A stretch of 64,000 nt of DNA, taken from positions 248,001 to 312,000 of the forward strand of contig UYFQ01000600.1 of assembly GCA_900617105.1 (NCBI GenBank). The letters are read 5' to 3'. The translations under genes and the position numbers were made by a program. Within the stretch, counting starts at the first letter, position 1; each line of letters starts with the position of its first letter. Positions 45,224-56,357 of the stretch are shown here, one piece after another. The notes beneath the pieces were generated by a model. It was not told the origin of the DNA. It did no database searches and saw nothing but the letters and a program-made list of their open reading frames with translations. This DNA comes from Hydrurus foetidus. Its lineage: Eukaryota.

Positions 45224-48064
45224 ATGATCCGTCCCGTCGCCAAGGCCGCCCTCGTGGCGCTGGCTCTTTCGACCACCGCCCTGTCGCCCATACCTTCGCG
45301 GCGCCAAGACAAGATGGTGCACCGTCGATCAGCGTGCCGCCGATCGTCTACCAGGAGCGCGTGCTGGCCAATGGCCTGAAGGTGTTCACGGCGCGCGATA
45401 CGACCACGCCGAACGTGACGGTGCAGGTCTGGTACGGCGTCGGCTCGAAGGACGATCCCGAAGGCCGTTCGGGCTTCGCGCACCTCTTTGAACACATCAT
45501 GTTCAAGGCTACGCGCAACATGCCCAACGAGACCCTGGACAGGCTGACCGAGGATGTCGGCGGCTTCAACAACGCCTCCACCTATGACGACTTCACCAAC
45601 TACTACGAGGTGGTGCCGGCCAATCATCTGGAGCGCCTGCTGTGGGCCGAGGCCGACCGCATGAGCACCCTGGTGATCGACGAGGCAGGCTTCGCCTCCG
45701 AACGCGATGTGGTGAAGGAAGAACTGCGCCAGCGCGTTCTGGCCGATCCCTATGGCCGTCTGTTCGCCCTTTATGTGCCGCAGCAGTCGTTCACCACCCA
45801 CCCCTACAAGCGCCCGGGCATCGGCTCGATCGAGGAGCTGGACGCGGCCACCGTCGATGACGTGCGCGCCTTCCACGCCACCTATTATCGCCCCGACAAC
45901 GCCGCCCTGATCGTGGCCGGCAATTTCGACGACGCCCAGCTGACCGCCCTGACCGACAAGTATTTCGCGCCGCTGAAGGCTCCCCACGCCGCTGCCCAGG
46001 GTCACCGTTGTCGAGCCGCCGCGCACCGGCCCGAAGACCGTCAACACCTATGGCCCCAATGTGCCGCTGCCGGCGGTGGCGATCACCTGGCTGGCTCCGG
46101 CCTCGGCCGACCAGGACGCCCCGGCCCTGGCCGTGCTGGACGCCATCCTCTCCGCCGGCAAGTCGTCACGGCTGTATGACACCCTGGTCTATGAGCAGCA
46201 GATCGCCCAGTCGGTGTTCTCCTCGGGCCCGACCAACGCCCAGCCCGGCCTGTTCTATGTCGGCGCCATCATGGGCGGCGGCAAGACGGTGGATCAGGGC
46301 GAGGCCGCCCTGCTGGCCCAGGTCGCCCGCCTGCGCGACGCCCCGCCGACCGCCGCTGAACTGGCCGAGGCCAAGACCGGCCTGCTGGCTGACGCCGTGC
46401 GGCGCCGTGAAGAGATCGACGGCCGCGCCTTCGCCATCGGCTACGCCCTGTTGACCGACGGCGACGCGGCCCGCGCCAACACCAACCTGGCCGACCTGCA
46501 GGCGGTCACCGCCGCCGACGTCCAGCGGGTCGCGAAAAAGTGGCTGGCCGACGATCGCCGCACGTCCATCCGCTACCTTCCGGAATCGGCCAGACCGGCC
46601 GGCGAGAAGGACAACACCCCGGCCCCGCCCAAGGTCGCCTCGGTGAAGTTCAACGGCACGGTCTTCACCCTGGCCCCCGAGGGCGAGCGCCAGAAGATCC
46701 CCGCCGTCGCCGCCCCGATCGCCGCCGTCCTGCCCTCGCCGGTCGAAAAGACCCTGGCCAACGGTCTGCGGGTGATCGTGGCCAAGTCCAGCGACCTGCC
46801 GCTGATCACCGCCGACCTGACCGTGCGGGGCGGCGCCAGCTCTGATCCGGCCGGCCTGGCCGGCGCGTCTAGCCTGACCGCCGACCTTCTGACCGAGGGC
46901 ACCAAGACCCGCGGCGCGGTCGATATCGCCCGCCAGACCGAAGCCCTGGGCGCCAATCTGGCGGCCGGCTCGGGCTGGGAAGCCTCGTCCCTGACCCTCA
47001 GCGTCATCGCCGACAAGGCCGGCCCGGCCATGGCGATCATGGCCGACGTCGCCCAGAACCCGGTCTTCAAGGCCGAGGAGCTGGACCGTGTTCGCGCCGA
47101 GACCCTGGATGGCCTGTCGGTGGCCTATCAGCGCCCGGGCAGCCTGGCGGCCTACGCCACAGCCCGGTTCTTTATGCCGGCTCGGCCTATGGCCACGTGG
47201 CCGGCGGCACGCCCGCTCGCTGCCGAAGATCAAGCGCGAGGACCTGGTCAAGCTGCACTCGGCCGCCTGGCGTCCGGACAACGCCGTCCTGGTGCTGACC
47301 GGCAACCTGTCGCCGGAAGCCGGCTTTGCCCTGGCGCAGACCGCGTTCGGCGGCTGGAAGAAACCCGCCACCCCGCCGCCGGCCACGCCGGCCGCACCGA
47401 CCGGCTACAAGCCGCGCAATGTGGTCATTGACCTGCCCGGCACCGGACAGGCAGCCGTGACCCTGGCCAAGCCGGCCATTACCCGCGCCGACCCCAACTA
47501 CTATTCGGGCCTGGTGACCAATGCGGTGCTGGGCGTGGGCTATTCCTCGCGCCTGAACCAGGAAATCCGTATCAAGCGCGGCCTGTCCTACGGCGCAGGC
47601 TCCAGCCTGACGCCGCAGGGCCAGTTCGGCGGCTTCTCGGCCCGGGTGCAGACCAAGAACGAGTCCGCCGGTCAGGTGGTCAGCCTGGTCCAGGCCGAGC
47701 TGACCCGCCTGGCCGCCGAACGGCCTCGGCCGGTGAACTGACCGCGCGCAAGTCGGTTCTGGTCGGCGGCTTTGGCCGAGACCTCGGCACCTCGGAAGGC
47801 CTGGCCGACATCCTGGGCAACCTGGCGGTCTATGGCGTGCCGCTGAACGAGATCCAGAGCTATGCCAGCAAGGTCGAGGCCGTCAGCGCCAGCGACGTTC
47901 AGGCCTTCGCCAAGTCGATGATGGACCCCGCCCAGACCAGCATCATCGTGGCCGGCGACCTGAAAGCGATGGGTGACACCCTGCCCGCCGCTGTGCCGAA
48001 CGCCACGGTGATCCCGGCCGCCAAACTGGACCTCGACAGTCCGACGCTGACCAACGGGAAGTAG
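45224..48064 (+). CDS. M16-family zinc peptidase (frameshifted)
   Basis: Signal peptide, LANGL, GFAHLFEHIMFK (HxxEH), YYRPDNA, duplicated domain, SRLNQEIRIKRGLSY. Confidence 0.92.
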
Positions 48065-48070
48065 CTCACC

Positions 48071-48184
48071 TGTCATCCCGGAAGCCTCGCCGAGGCTGTC
48101 CGGGACCCAGGGGCCGGCGCACGGCGGTCGCCCCTGGGTCCCGGCTCTCCCCCCGGCCTTCGCCGGGGTGCGGCCGGGATGACA
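48071..48184. repeat. CIR/RPE-like palindromic intergenic repeat
   Basis: Terminal inverted repeats TGTCATCCCGG/CCGGGATGACA and internal CCGGGACCCAGGGG..CCCCTGGGTCCCGG stem, between convergent genes. Confidence 0.85.
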
Positions 48185-48187
48185 AGA

Positions 48188-48651
48188 TTATTGTGCTTTG
48201 GACGCCGGAGCCTTCTTGGCGACCGGCGCCTTGGGCGCCCCGCCCTTGGCCAGCAGATCCCGGATCTCCATCAGCAGGGCCTCCTGGGCCGTCGGCGCTG
48301 CGGGGGCTTCCGGCGCGGGCTCTGCGGCGTCGGCGCGGCGGATGCCGTTGACGACCTTGACCAGCAGGAACACCACGGCCGCCACGATCAGGAACTGGAT
48401 CAGGGTGTTGATGAAGGCCCCGTACTGAACGGCGACCTTCTCCACGGCCTCGGTAGCCGCGTTTTCGGGCTTGAGCACCCATTCCAGCTTGGAGAAGTCG
48501 AGGCCGCCGGTCAGCAGACCGATCGGCGGCATGATCACCTGATCGACCAGGCTCTTGACGATACCGTTGAAGGCCGCGCCGATGATCACGCCCACGGCCA
48601 GATCACCACGCCGCGCGAGATGAACTCGCGAAATTCCTTGATGACGCTCAT
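48188..48651 (-). CDS. mscL: Large-conductance mechanosensitive channel (indel near 5' end)
   Basis: IKEFREFISR, LAVGVIIGAAF..IVKSLV..IMPPIG, YGAFI, LLMEIRDLL. Confidence 0.95.
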
Positions 48652-48741
48652 GACAGGGTCTCGCCGACTAGCCTTGCTGAAGGGGCGAAACTGGCGGCGT
48701 TCGGTCGGTCCGGTCAAGGCCGGGCCAGGCGATCCGCCTGA

Positions 48742-49026
48742 CTACTCGTCGGCGTTGAGCCGGGCCCGCAGTTCCTTGCCGCTCTTGAAGAACGGCACAT
48801 GCTTGGCGCGCACATCGACGGTTTCGCCCGTGCGCGGATTGCGGCCCGAGCGCGCCGGACGCGAGCGCACCGACAGGGCGCCGAAGCCCCGAAGTTCGAC
48901 GCGACCGCCACCTTCCAGAGCGCCGATCATGCGCTCGAGAATAACGCTGACAACGCGCTCGACGTCTTTCTGCGTCAGGTGCGGATTTTCATTCGCGAGC
49001 CTGGCGATGAGTTCAGACTTGATCAT
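48742..49026 (-). CDS. ihfB: Integration host factor beta subunit
   Basis: [35 protein letters not shown]. Confidence 0.96.
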   Translation of the reverse strand: MIKSELIARLANENPHLTQKDVERVVSVILERMIGALEGGGRVELRGFGALSVRSRPARSGRNPRTGETVDVRAKHVPFFKSGKELRARLNADE

Positions 49027-49380
49027 CGATATCCCCGGCGCCGGAGGGAGGAACTGGCGCGTGCGGACCTTTGCCCAAGGGTGGTTGAGTCTTCAAGAGG
49101 CAGGTTGAGATTCTGTCGCACGACCTGGGCGGACACCCGAAGCGACACAGACAGGATATCCCGGATTTTCCCCCCAATTTGGGTCCGCATGCCGAGCCCC
49201 GGCGAAAGTGCGCAATCTTCTCGCAAATTGCCTGGGGTTTCGGTTGAAACGCATCTCGTGACGTCCGGACCGGGGAAACGCGCAGTTTAGACCCTCGAAC
49301 GGGATCATCAGGTGAGCGCTGTCTTCACCAAAGGCGTCGCCGTCCAAGGACTTAGCCGAACAAGACGCAGGATGGGCGCA

Positions 49381-49415
49381 AAGAAAAACGGCGGCCGGAT
49401 CGCTCCGGCCGCCGC
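49381..49415 (-). terminator. rpsA intrinsic terminator
   Basis: CGGCGGCCGGA-GCGA-TCCGGCCGCCG-TTTTTCTT on the minus strand. Confidence 0.85.
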
Positions 49416-49445
49416 TGACTTCAGTCCCGGTGAAGGGGCGGAAGA

Positions 49446-51158
49446 CTATTCCTTGGGGGTGGCCCGCTCGCGCAGAGCCGCGCCCAGGATGTCGCCCAGC
49501 GAAGCGCCGGAGTCCGACGAGCCGAACTGCTCGATGGCTTCCTTCTCTTCGGCCATTTCCAGCGACTTGATCGACATCGAAACGCGGCGAGCCGCCTTGT
49601 CGATGTTGGTGATCTGCGCGTCGATGCGGTCACCCACGGCGAAGCGTTCCGGACGTTGCTCTTGACGATCGCGCGACAGGTCCGACTTGCGGATGAACGC
49701 GGTCATCAGGGCGTCGTCTTCGCCGAAGCGAACTTCGATGCCGCCGGTGGTCACTTCGGTCACGGTCACAGTGACGGTCTGGCTCTTGCGATAGGTGTCG
49801 CCCGACATCGGATCGCCACCCAGCTGCTTGATGCCCAGCGAGATGCGTTCCTTCTCGACGTCAACGTCGAGAACCTTCGCCTTGACCATGTCGCCCTTCT
49901 TGTAGCGGGCCATGGCTTCTTCGCCCGAGGCGCTCCAGTCGATGTCCGACAGGTGCACCATGCCGTCGATGTCGTTGTCGAGGCCGATGAACAGACCAAA
50001 CTCGGTCGCGTTCTTGACTTCGCCTTCGACGGTCGAGCCGACCGGGTGGGTTTCGAGGAACGAATCCCACGGGTTGGCCAGAGCCTGCTTGAGGCCCAGC
50101 GAAACGCGGCGCTTGGACGGATCGACGTCCAGCACGACCACGTCGACTTCTTGCGAGGTCGAGACGATCTTGCCGGGGTGGACGTTCTTCTTGGTCCAGG
50201 ACATTTCAGAAACGTGGACCAGGCCTTCAACGCCGGCTTCCAGCTCAACAAACGCGCCGTAGTCGGTGATGTTGGTGATGCGGCCCGTGAACTTGGCGCC
50301 GACCGGGTACTTGGCTTCGACACCATCCCACGGATCCGACTGCAGCTGCTTCATGCCGAGGCTGATGCGCTGGGTGTCCGGGTTGATCTTGACGATCTGG
50401 ACCTTCACGGTGTCGCCCACGGCGAGCACTTGGCTCGGGTGGTTGACGCGCTTCCAGCTCATGTCGGTGACGTGCAGCAGGCCGTCGATGCCGCCCAGGT
50501 CAACGAACGCACCGTAGTCGGTGATGTTCTTGACGACGCCTTCGCGGATTTCACCCTCTTGCAGCTGCGACACCAGTTCGGTGCGCTGCTCGGCGCGGGC
50601 TTCTTCCAGGATGGCGCGACGCGAGACGACGATGTTGCCGCGCGGACGGTCCATCTTGAGGATGGCGAAGGGCTGTTCCTTGCCCATGAGCGGGCCGACG
50701 TCGCGCACCGGGCGGATGTCGACCTGCGAGCCGGGCAGGAACGCCGAGGCGCCGCCCAGGTCGACGGTGAAGCCGCCTTTGACGCGGCCGACGATGGCGC
50801 CCATGACAGGCACGTTCTGGGCGTAGACGCCTTCCAGACGGGTCCAGGCTTCTTCGCGCTTGGCCTTTTCGCGGCTGATGACCGCTTCGCCGAGGGCGTT
50901 TTCCAGGCGTTCCAGGAAGACTTCGACGTGGTCGCCGACCTTGATGGTGGGCTTGCCGGCGTCATCAACGCCGAATTCCTTCTGGGGAACGCGACCTTCG
51001 GTCTTCAGACCGACGTCGATGATCGCGAAGTCCTTCTCGATACCGACAACGATACCCTTGACGACGGTGCCTTCCGCGAAGTCGCGGCCGCCCATGGAAT
51101 CGTTAAGCAGCGCTTCGAAATCGTCGCGCGTCGGGTTGAAGCTCATATCGTCAGCCAT
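49446..51158 (-). CDS. rpsA: 30S ribosomal protein S1
   Basis: Repeated S1 domains (NITDYGAFV, DGLLHVTDMSW), 570 aa. Confidence 0.98.
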   Translation of the reverse strand: MADDMSFNPTRDDFEALLNDSMGGRDFAEGTVVKGIVVGIEKDFAIIDVGLKTEGRVPQKEFGVDDAGKPTIKVGDHVEVFLERLENALGEAVISREKAKREEAWTRLEGVYAQNVPVMGAIVGRVKGGFTVDLGGASAFLPGSQVDIRPVRDVGPLMGKEQPFAILKMDRPRGNIVVSRRAILEEARAEQRTELVSQLQEGEIREGVVKNITDYGAFVDLGGIDGLLHVTDMSWKRVNHPSQVLAVGDTVKVQIVKINPDTQRISLGMKQLQSDPWDGVEAKYPVGAKFTGRITNITDYGAFVELEAGVEGLVHVSEMSWTKKNVHPGKIVSTSQEVDVVVLDVDPSKRRVSLGLKQALANPWDSFLETHPVGSTVEGEVKNATEFGLFIGLDNDIDGMVHLSDIDWSASGEEAMARYKKGDMVKAKVLDVDVEKERISLGIKQLGGDPMSGDTYRKSQTVTVTVTEVTTGGIEVRFGEDDALMTAFIRKSDLSRDRQEQRPERFAVGDRIDAQITNIDKAARRVSMSIKSLEMAEEKEAIEQFGSSDSGASLGDILGAALRERATPKE

Positions 51159-51288
51159 GCTGATGTTTAGTCTCGTGTTGAGGGACGCCCCGTCGTGAAG
51201 CCGCCGAATGACGGTTCTGGGGATTCCGGGTGATAAGGATTTTCATGCGGACCGCGGCTTCCTAAGCGGCGGCGAGGCGGGCGTTAGA

Positions 51289-51939
51289 TTAGCCCGGGAG
51301 GTTTCCCAACCGGGCGCGCGCCGTCTCGACAATGCGGCGGGCCGCATCGAAGGCCTGCTCTATAGTCATTTCCGACGTATCGAGCAAGACGGCGTCTGAG
51401 GCCTGGGTCATGGGTGCGCTGTCGCGGCCTGCGTCCCGCGCGTCGCGCCTGTGGATGTCGGCCAGGACATCGGCGTAGGCGACAGCTTCGCCCTGTCCGG
51501 ACAGCTGCTTCCACCGGCGTTCCGCCCGGATCTCCGGCGTCGCGGTCACATACAGCTTGGCCGGGGCCTCGGGGGCGATGACCGTGCCGATGTCCCGCCC
51601 GTCGATCACCGAACCGGGCTCGCGGGTCGTGAACTGCCGCTGAAGATCGAACAGAGCCGCGCGGACACCGGTATGGACGGCGACCCGGCTGGCCGCCTCG
51701 CCGGCGGCGCGGGTGCGAACCTCGGCCCTTTCCAGTTCGGCCAGGTCCAGCCCCTTGGCCGCGGCCTCGGCGGCGGCGGCGTCATCCAGATCGCCGCCGG
51801 TCGCCAGCAATCGCACGCCGACGGCGCGATAGAGCAGGCCGGTGTCGAGCATCGCATAGCCGTAGAGCGCCGCCAGCCGGCTGGCGACCGTGCCCTTGCC
51901 CGAGGCGGCGGGACCGTCGACGGCGATCACGAACCCCAT
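51289..51939 (-). CDS. cmk: Cytidylate kinase
   Basis: AVDGPAASGKGT, LDTGLLYRA, DGRDIGTV. Confidence 0.96.
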   Translation of the reverse strand: MGFVIAVDGPAASGKGTVASRLAALYGYAMLDTGLLYRAVGVRLLATGGDLDDAAAAEAAAKGLDLAELERAEVRTRAAGEAASRVAVHTGVRAALFDLQRQFTTREPGSVIDGRDIGTVIAPEAPAKLYVTATPEIRAERRWKQLSGQGEAVAYADVLADIHRRDARDAGRDSAPMTQASDAVLLDTSEMTIEQAFDAARRIVETARARLGNLPG

Positions 51940-51941
51940 GC

Positions 51942-53267
51942 TCAGGCCTCCGCCAGATCCGCGCCGAGGCCGCGCATCAGGTCGGCGAAGCCCGGGAAGC
52001 TGGTGGCGATCATGCCCGGCTCGTCAACGGCCACGCCCTGCTGGGCGGCCATGCCGAGGATCAGGTGGCTCATGGCGATGCGGTGATCGCCGTGGGTGTG
52101 GACCAGGCCGCCGCCGCGCACGGGGTGATTGCCGCCGCGGTGCCGACGACCGTCATGCCTTCGGGCTCTTCCTCGACCGTGACGCCGCAGGCCGTGAGGC
52201 CCGCCGCCGTCAGGGCGATGCGGTCGCTTTCCTTGACCCGCATCTCGCCGATGCCGCGCATGACGGTCGGGCTGTCGGCGAAGGCGGCGGCGGCCGCCAG
52301 GATGGGATATTCGTCGATCATCGCCGGAGCCCGCTCTGGCGGCACGACCACGCCCTTCAGCTGGGAATAGCGGGCGGTGATGTCGCCGACCTCTTCGCCG
52401 CTGGACATCCGGACATTCGAGATCACCAGATCCGCGCCCATCTCCTGCAGCGTCGTGAACAGGCCGGTGCGCAGTTCATTGAGCATCACGCCCTCGACCG
52501 TGACCTCCGAGCCCGGCACGATCAGGCCGGCGGCCAGCGGGAAGGCCGCCGAGGACGGATCACCCGGCACCGAGACATGCGTCCCGGTCAGCTTCTGGCC
52601 CTCGGGCAGGCGGATGTGGCGAACGCCGTCACGGTCCTCGACGATCACCTCGGCCCCGAAGGCGCGCAGCATGCGCTCGGTGTGGTCGCGGGTGGCTTCA
52701 GGTTCAATCACCTCGACGCCGCCCTCGGCGTGCAGGCCGGCCAGCAGCACGGCCGACTTCACCTGGGCCGAGGCCATCGGCAGGCGATAGGCCAGGCCGC
52801 GCAGATTGCCGCCCTTCAGGGTCAGGGGCAGGCGACCTCGTCGCGCCCAGCCAGGTCGCGCCCATGCGCGCCAGGGGATCCAGCACCCGGCCCATCGGCC
52901 GGCCGCGCAAGGATGCGTCGCCGGTGAAGGTGGAGCACATGGCGAAGCCCGCCGCCGCGCCCATGATCAGCCGGACGCCGGTGCCGGCATTGCCGCAGTC
53001 GATGACATCGGTCGGCTCGGCGAAACCGCCCTGGCCCTCGATGCGCCAGCGGCCGACGCCTTCCTGCTCGACCCGCGCGCCAAAGGCGCGCATGGCCCGG
53101 GCGGTCGCCAGAACGTCGTCGCCCTCGAGCAGGCCCTCGACCGTGGTCGTGCCACTGGCCAGAGCGCCCAGGATCATCGAGCGGTGCGAAATCGACTTGT
53201 CGCCCGGGGCGCGAACGGTCCCTCGAAGGGCTCCGCCGGGCCCGCTTTTCAGTCCAGCCGCCGTCAT
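51942..53267 (-). CDS. aroA: EPSP synthase, class II (frameshifted)
   Basis: [47 protein letters not shown]. Confidence 0.96.
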
Positions 53268-53382
53268 GCCGTAACCGGCTCCCTGATCATGGTGGGGTTC
53301 GCGAGGGGTTTGCTTTTGACAGCGGGCCTTGGCCATGGCAAGTCACCGGCCGCTTTTCCCATCTGGATCAAAGGTTCGCCTC

Positions 53383-53856
53383 TTGGCCAATCCCGAATTG
53401 GGCGCAAAACAAATTTGCCCCAACTGCCAATCGAAATTCTATGACCTGGGCCGTCGCCCGGCGCTGTGCCCCAAGTGCGGCGAGTCGTTCGACCCGGAAG
53501 AGGCGCTGAAATCGCGCCGCGTCCGCGCGCGCGCCGTCACGCCGGACTACGACGCCGAGGACGAGAAACCCGCTCCGCCTCCGAAGGATGAGGACGGCTT
53601 CGAGGACGAGGTCGATGAGACCCCGGAAATCGACAAGGTCGAGCCCGACGTCATCGAGACCGATGACGAGGACGCCGATCCGGGTACGCCGACCCCTGCG
53701 GGCGGTGACGACCTGGGCGTCGACTTCGCCGAGGACGAGGATCTCGCCGAAGACGAAGCCGACGACGTGCCCTTCCTCGAAGACGAGGACGAGGACGAAG
53801 ACGCTCTCGAGAACGAAATCGAAGGCCTTCCGGGCGCCGACGACGACGATCGCTAA
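53383..53856 (+). CDS. TIGR02300 (FYDLN acid-domain) family protein
   Basis: ELGAKQICPNCQSKFYDL..CPKCG followed by a long acidic tail. Confidence 0.92.
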   Translation: MANPELGAKQICPNCQSKFYDLGRRPALCPKCGESFDPEEALKSRRVRARAVTPDYDAEDEKPAPPPKDEDGFEDEVDETPEIDKVEPDVIETDDEDADPGTPTPAGGDDLGVDFAEDEDLAEDEADDVPFLEDEDEDEDALENEIEGLPGADDDDR

Positions 53857-54009
53857 GACCTCGAACGACGTTCGAAAAATTCTTCGAAAAAAGTTCGCCG
53901 GGAGGGTTGATCCAAAAATCCTCCCGGCATAGGTTCCGCGCCTCGCCGGGCCCGACCTGATCGGAACTGGCGGGACACACCAGGGTTCTCTTGGGAAACC
54001 AAGGACCTC

Positions 54010-54025
54010 GGGGCTTTAGCTCAGC

Positions 54026-54059
<34 letters not shown>

Positions 54060-54082
54060 CGGTTCGACTCCGCTAAGCTCCA
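54010..54082 (+). tRNA. tRNA-Ala(GGC), CCA not encoded
   Basis: GGGGCTTTAGCTCAGCTGGTAGAGCG-CTTGC-ATGGCAT-GCAAG..GGTTCGACTCC..CTCCA. Confidence 0.96.
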
Positions 54083-54083
54083 T

Positions 54084-54114
54084 AACGGCCGCTTCCCTAA
54101 AGGGGCGGCCGTTT
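54084..54114 (+). terminator. Terminator-like hairpin after tRNA-Ala
   Basis: AACGGCCGC..GCGGCCGTTT. Confidence 0.65.
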
Positions 54115-54254
54115 CCATGTCTGGCCGGCGAGCTGCTGTCTCGATCGGCGAACTTGGCGGCATCGTCGGCGCAGAGCCTGGAACGCGCCACTCAAAGCCT
54201 CCACCTAAGCCTCACGTCGCAGAGCGTGGTGATCCAGGGCCCAGGCATTGCGGA

Positions 54255-54285
54255 CGAAGTCGCTTAAGCGAAGGACTTCGCGATG
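54255..54285 (+). promoter_or_regulatory. ROSE-type RNA thermometer hairpin occluding the hsp20 SD
   Basis: CGAAGUC(G)CUU-AAGCG-AAGGACUUCG; UCGCU pairs with AGGA with a bulged G. Confidence 0.75.
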
Positions 54286-54708
54286 ACCCGGACCATCCTG
54301 TTCGACAGCCCCTTCCTGCTGGGCTTCGAACACACCCGAGACCTGATCGAACGCGCCGCCAAGGCCGCTTCGGAAAGCTATCCGCCCTACAATGTCGAAC
54401 AAGACGACGAGGGCGGAGTGCGCATCACTCTGGCCGTGGCGGGATTCTCGCCCGAACAGCTGCACGTGACGGTCGAGGGCGGCCAACTGATCGTCGCCGG
54501 CAAGCGCGAAACCGAGGCCAGATCCGAGACCGACCGGGCTTTCCTGCATCGTGGCATCGCGGCGCGGGGCTTTGTCCGCACCTTCGTGCTGGCCGAGGGC
54601 ATCGAGGTCACGGCGGCGACCCTGGAGCATGGTCTGCTGCACATCGATCTGGCCCGACCGCGTCCTGAGCGACTGGTCAGGCGCATCCCGATCCGCTCCG
54701 TCGCCTGA
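54283..54708 (+). CDS. Hsp20/IbpA-family small heat-shock protein
   Basis: YPPYNVEQ, ITLAVAGF, FLHRGIAARGF.RTF.LA, GLLHIDL. Confidence 0.95.
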   Translation: MTRTILFDSPFLLGFEHTRDLIERAAKAASESYPPYNVEQDDEGGVRITLAVAGFSPEQLHVTVEGGQLIVAGKRETEARSETDRAFLHRGIAARGFVRTFVLAEGIEVTAATLEHGLLHIDLARPRPERLVRRIPIRSVA

Positions 54709-54808
54709 ACCCGTCGCAGCGATTCACACGTTCAGTCCTGTCCCGCTCCGAAATGCCCGCTGAACCGGGCCAGACCCGGCGCGTTCCCTATTCAAGGAGG
54801 GGGTCAAC

Positions 54809-55078
54809 ATGACACCTGTTACCCACAATCCGGTCTTCACGACGGAAGCCTTCGCGGCGCTTGGCGCCCCGGATCTCGTCTATGTCCGTCCGATCAAGGC
54901 GGCGGAAATCCTGGCTGACGCGCCTGCCGGCTCGAGCGACGATTTCGATCTGCTTCCCGACCAGACCCTCTATGCGGTCTGCCGCGCCGATGGCGCTCGC
55001 CTGGCGGTGATGGTCGACCGCGACACGGCGATCGCCGCCGCCCTCGCGCATGAACTGGCGCCGGTTTCGGTGCACTGA
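54809..55078 (+). CDS. DUF1150-family protein
   Basis: LG...LVYVRPI, LYAV.RADG.RLA, C-terminal PVSVH; typical hsp20 neighbour. Confidence 0.88.
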   Translation: MTPVTHNPVFTTEAFAALGAPDLVYVRPIKAAEILADAPAGSSDDFDLLPDQTLYAVCRADGARLAVMVDRDTAIAAALAHELAPVSVH

Positions 55079-55124
55079 TCCAGGGCGCGGCGGCCCCACA
55101 GCCGTCGCGCTCGCTTCCAGAAAA

Positions 55125-55589
55125 TCAGGCGGCCGTGCTGGTCGGTTCGTGGGCCAGCAGCACGTGAACGGCGTCGGCCGAGCGGGCCTGACGCAAATGC
55201 TCGCGAAGTTCCGGCTGCCGCATCATCCGCGAGACGCGGGCCAAGGCCCGCAGGTGCTGGGCGCTGGCGTCAGACGGCGCGAACAGGGCGAGCAGCAGAT
55301 CGACGGGCTTGTCATCGACTGCGTCGAACGCCACCGGCGTCTCCAGACGGACAAACACCGCGCGCACCCGGTCCAGGCCGTCAATGCGGGCATGGGGAAT
55401 GGCCACCCCCTGGCCCACGCCGGTCGAGCCTGCGGCCTCGCGCTCGATCAGACCTTCGAGCACGGCGCTTGGGTTGACCCCAAGCACCCGCGCGGCCACG
55501 TCGGCGATCACGCCGAGCACCTGCCGCTTGCCTGGAGCACTGACGCGCAGCGCCACTGCTCCAGGATCCAAGAGATCACCGATAGTCAT
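55125..55589 (-). CDS. ptsN: PTS IIA-like nitrogen regulatory protein
   Basis: RE..GSTGVGQGVAIPHAR, FDAVDDKPVDL, HLRALARVSR. Confidence 0.94.
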   Translation of the reverse strand: MTIGDLLDPGAVALRVSAPGKRQVLGVIADVAARVLGVNPSAVLEGLIEREAAGSTGVGQGVAIPHARIDGLDRVRAVFVRLETPVAFDAVDDKPVDLLLALFAPSDASAQHLRALARVSRMMRQPELREHLRQARSADAVHVLLAHEPTSTAA

Positions 55590-55674
55590 GGACTTAAACG
55601 CTCGCTCACTGTCGGCCGCCGCAACACAATCGCTGGGAGCCCTCCGGAACGTTCAGGATCATGACACGACCCCG

Positions 55675-56307
55675 TTAGTTCGCGGTTGACCCGTTCCCGT
55701 TCAGCGACTTCGTGCGTTCGGGGTCGATCCAGCCGATATTTCCGTCTGGCCGCCGGTACACCACGGACAATCCGTCGTGGGCGGCGTTCCTAAACACGAT
55801 TGCCTGGGACTCGGTCAAGTCCAGTTCCATGACAGCCATGGAAACGGTCATTACCTTCAGCGAGGACTGGGTCTCGGCGATGATCATGGCCGAAGGGGCG
55901 CCGGCTGGATGGTCGGCGTCGTCGCCCCAGTCGTCGTTCTCGTGCTCGTCGATATCGGGAGCCCGCAGAACGTACATCGCGGCGTTCTCGGCTTGTTTGG
56001 CTGAGGCCGCGATGGAGTGACTCTTGAGTCTTCGCTTGTAGCGCCTGATCCTCGTCTCGATCTTGGCCAGGGCGGCGTCAAACGCCGCATGGGCGTCACC
56101 ACCCGCTCCATGGCTAAGAAGTTGCTGGCCCGAAGCCAGCTTTACCGAACAGTCGGCCCGGAAGGCATGGCCCTCCTTGCTGATGACCACGTCGGCATTG
56201 CCGCCGCGATCAAAATACTTGCCGATGCTCAGGGTGATTTCGTCGGAGACTCGCGCTCGCAGAGCCTCGCCAACGTCGACATGCTTGCCGGAGATTTGGA
56301 CTTGCAT
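55675..56307 (-). CDS. hpf: Ribosome hibernation promoting factor (long HPF)
   Basis: ISGKHVDVGEALR, RIRRYKRRLK, VVYRRPDGNIGWIDP. Confidence 0.94.
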   Translation of the reverse strand: MQVQISGKHVDVGEALRARVSDEITLSIGKYFDRGGNADVVISKEGHAFRADCSVKLASGQQLLSHGAGGDAHAAFDAALAKIETRIRRYKRRLKSHSIAASAKQAENAAMYVLRAPDIDEHENDDWGDDADHPAGAPSAMIIAETQSSLKVMTVSMAVMELDLTESQAIVFRNAAHDGLSVVYRRPDGNIGWIDPERTKSLNGNGSTAN

Positions 56308-56357
56308 GCCCTAACAACGCGCCTGTCCAGAGGCGGTGTCAAGCGGCCGTAACGGGT

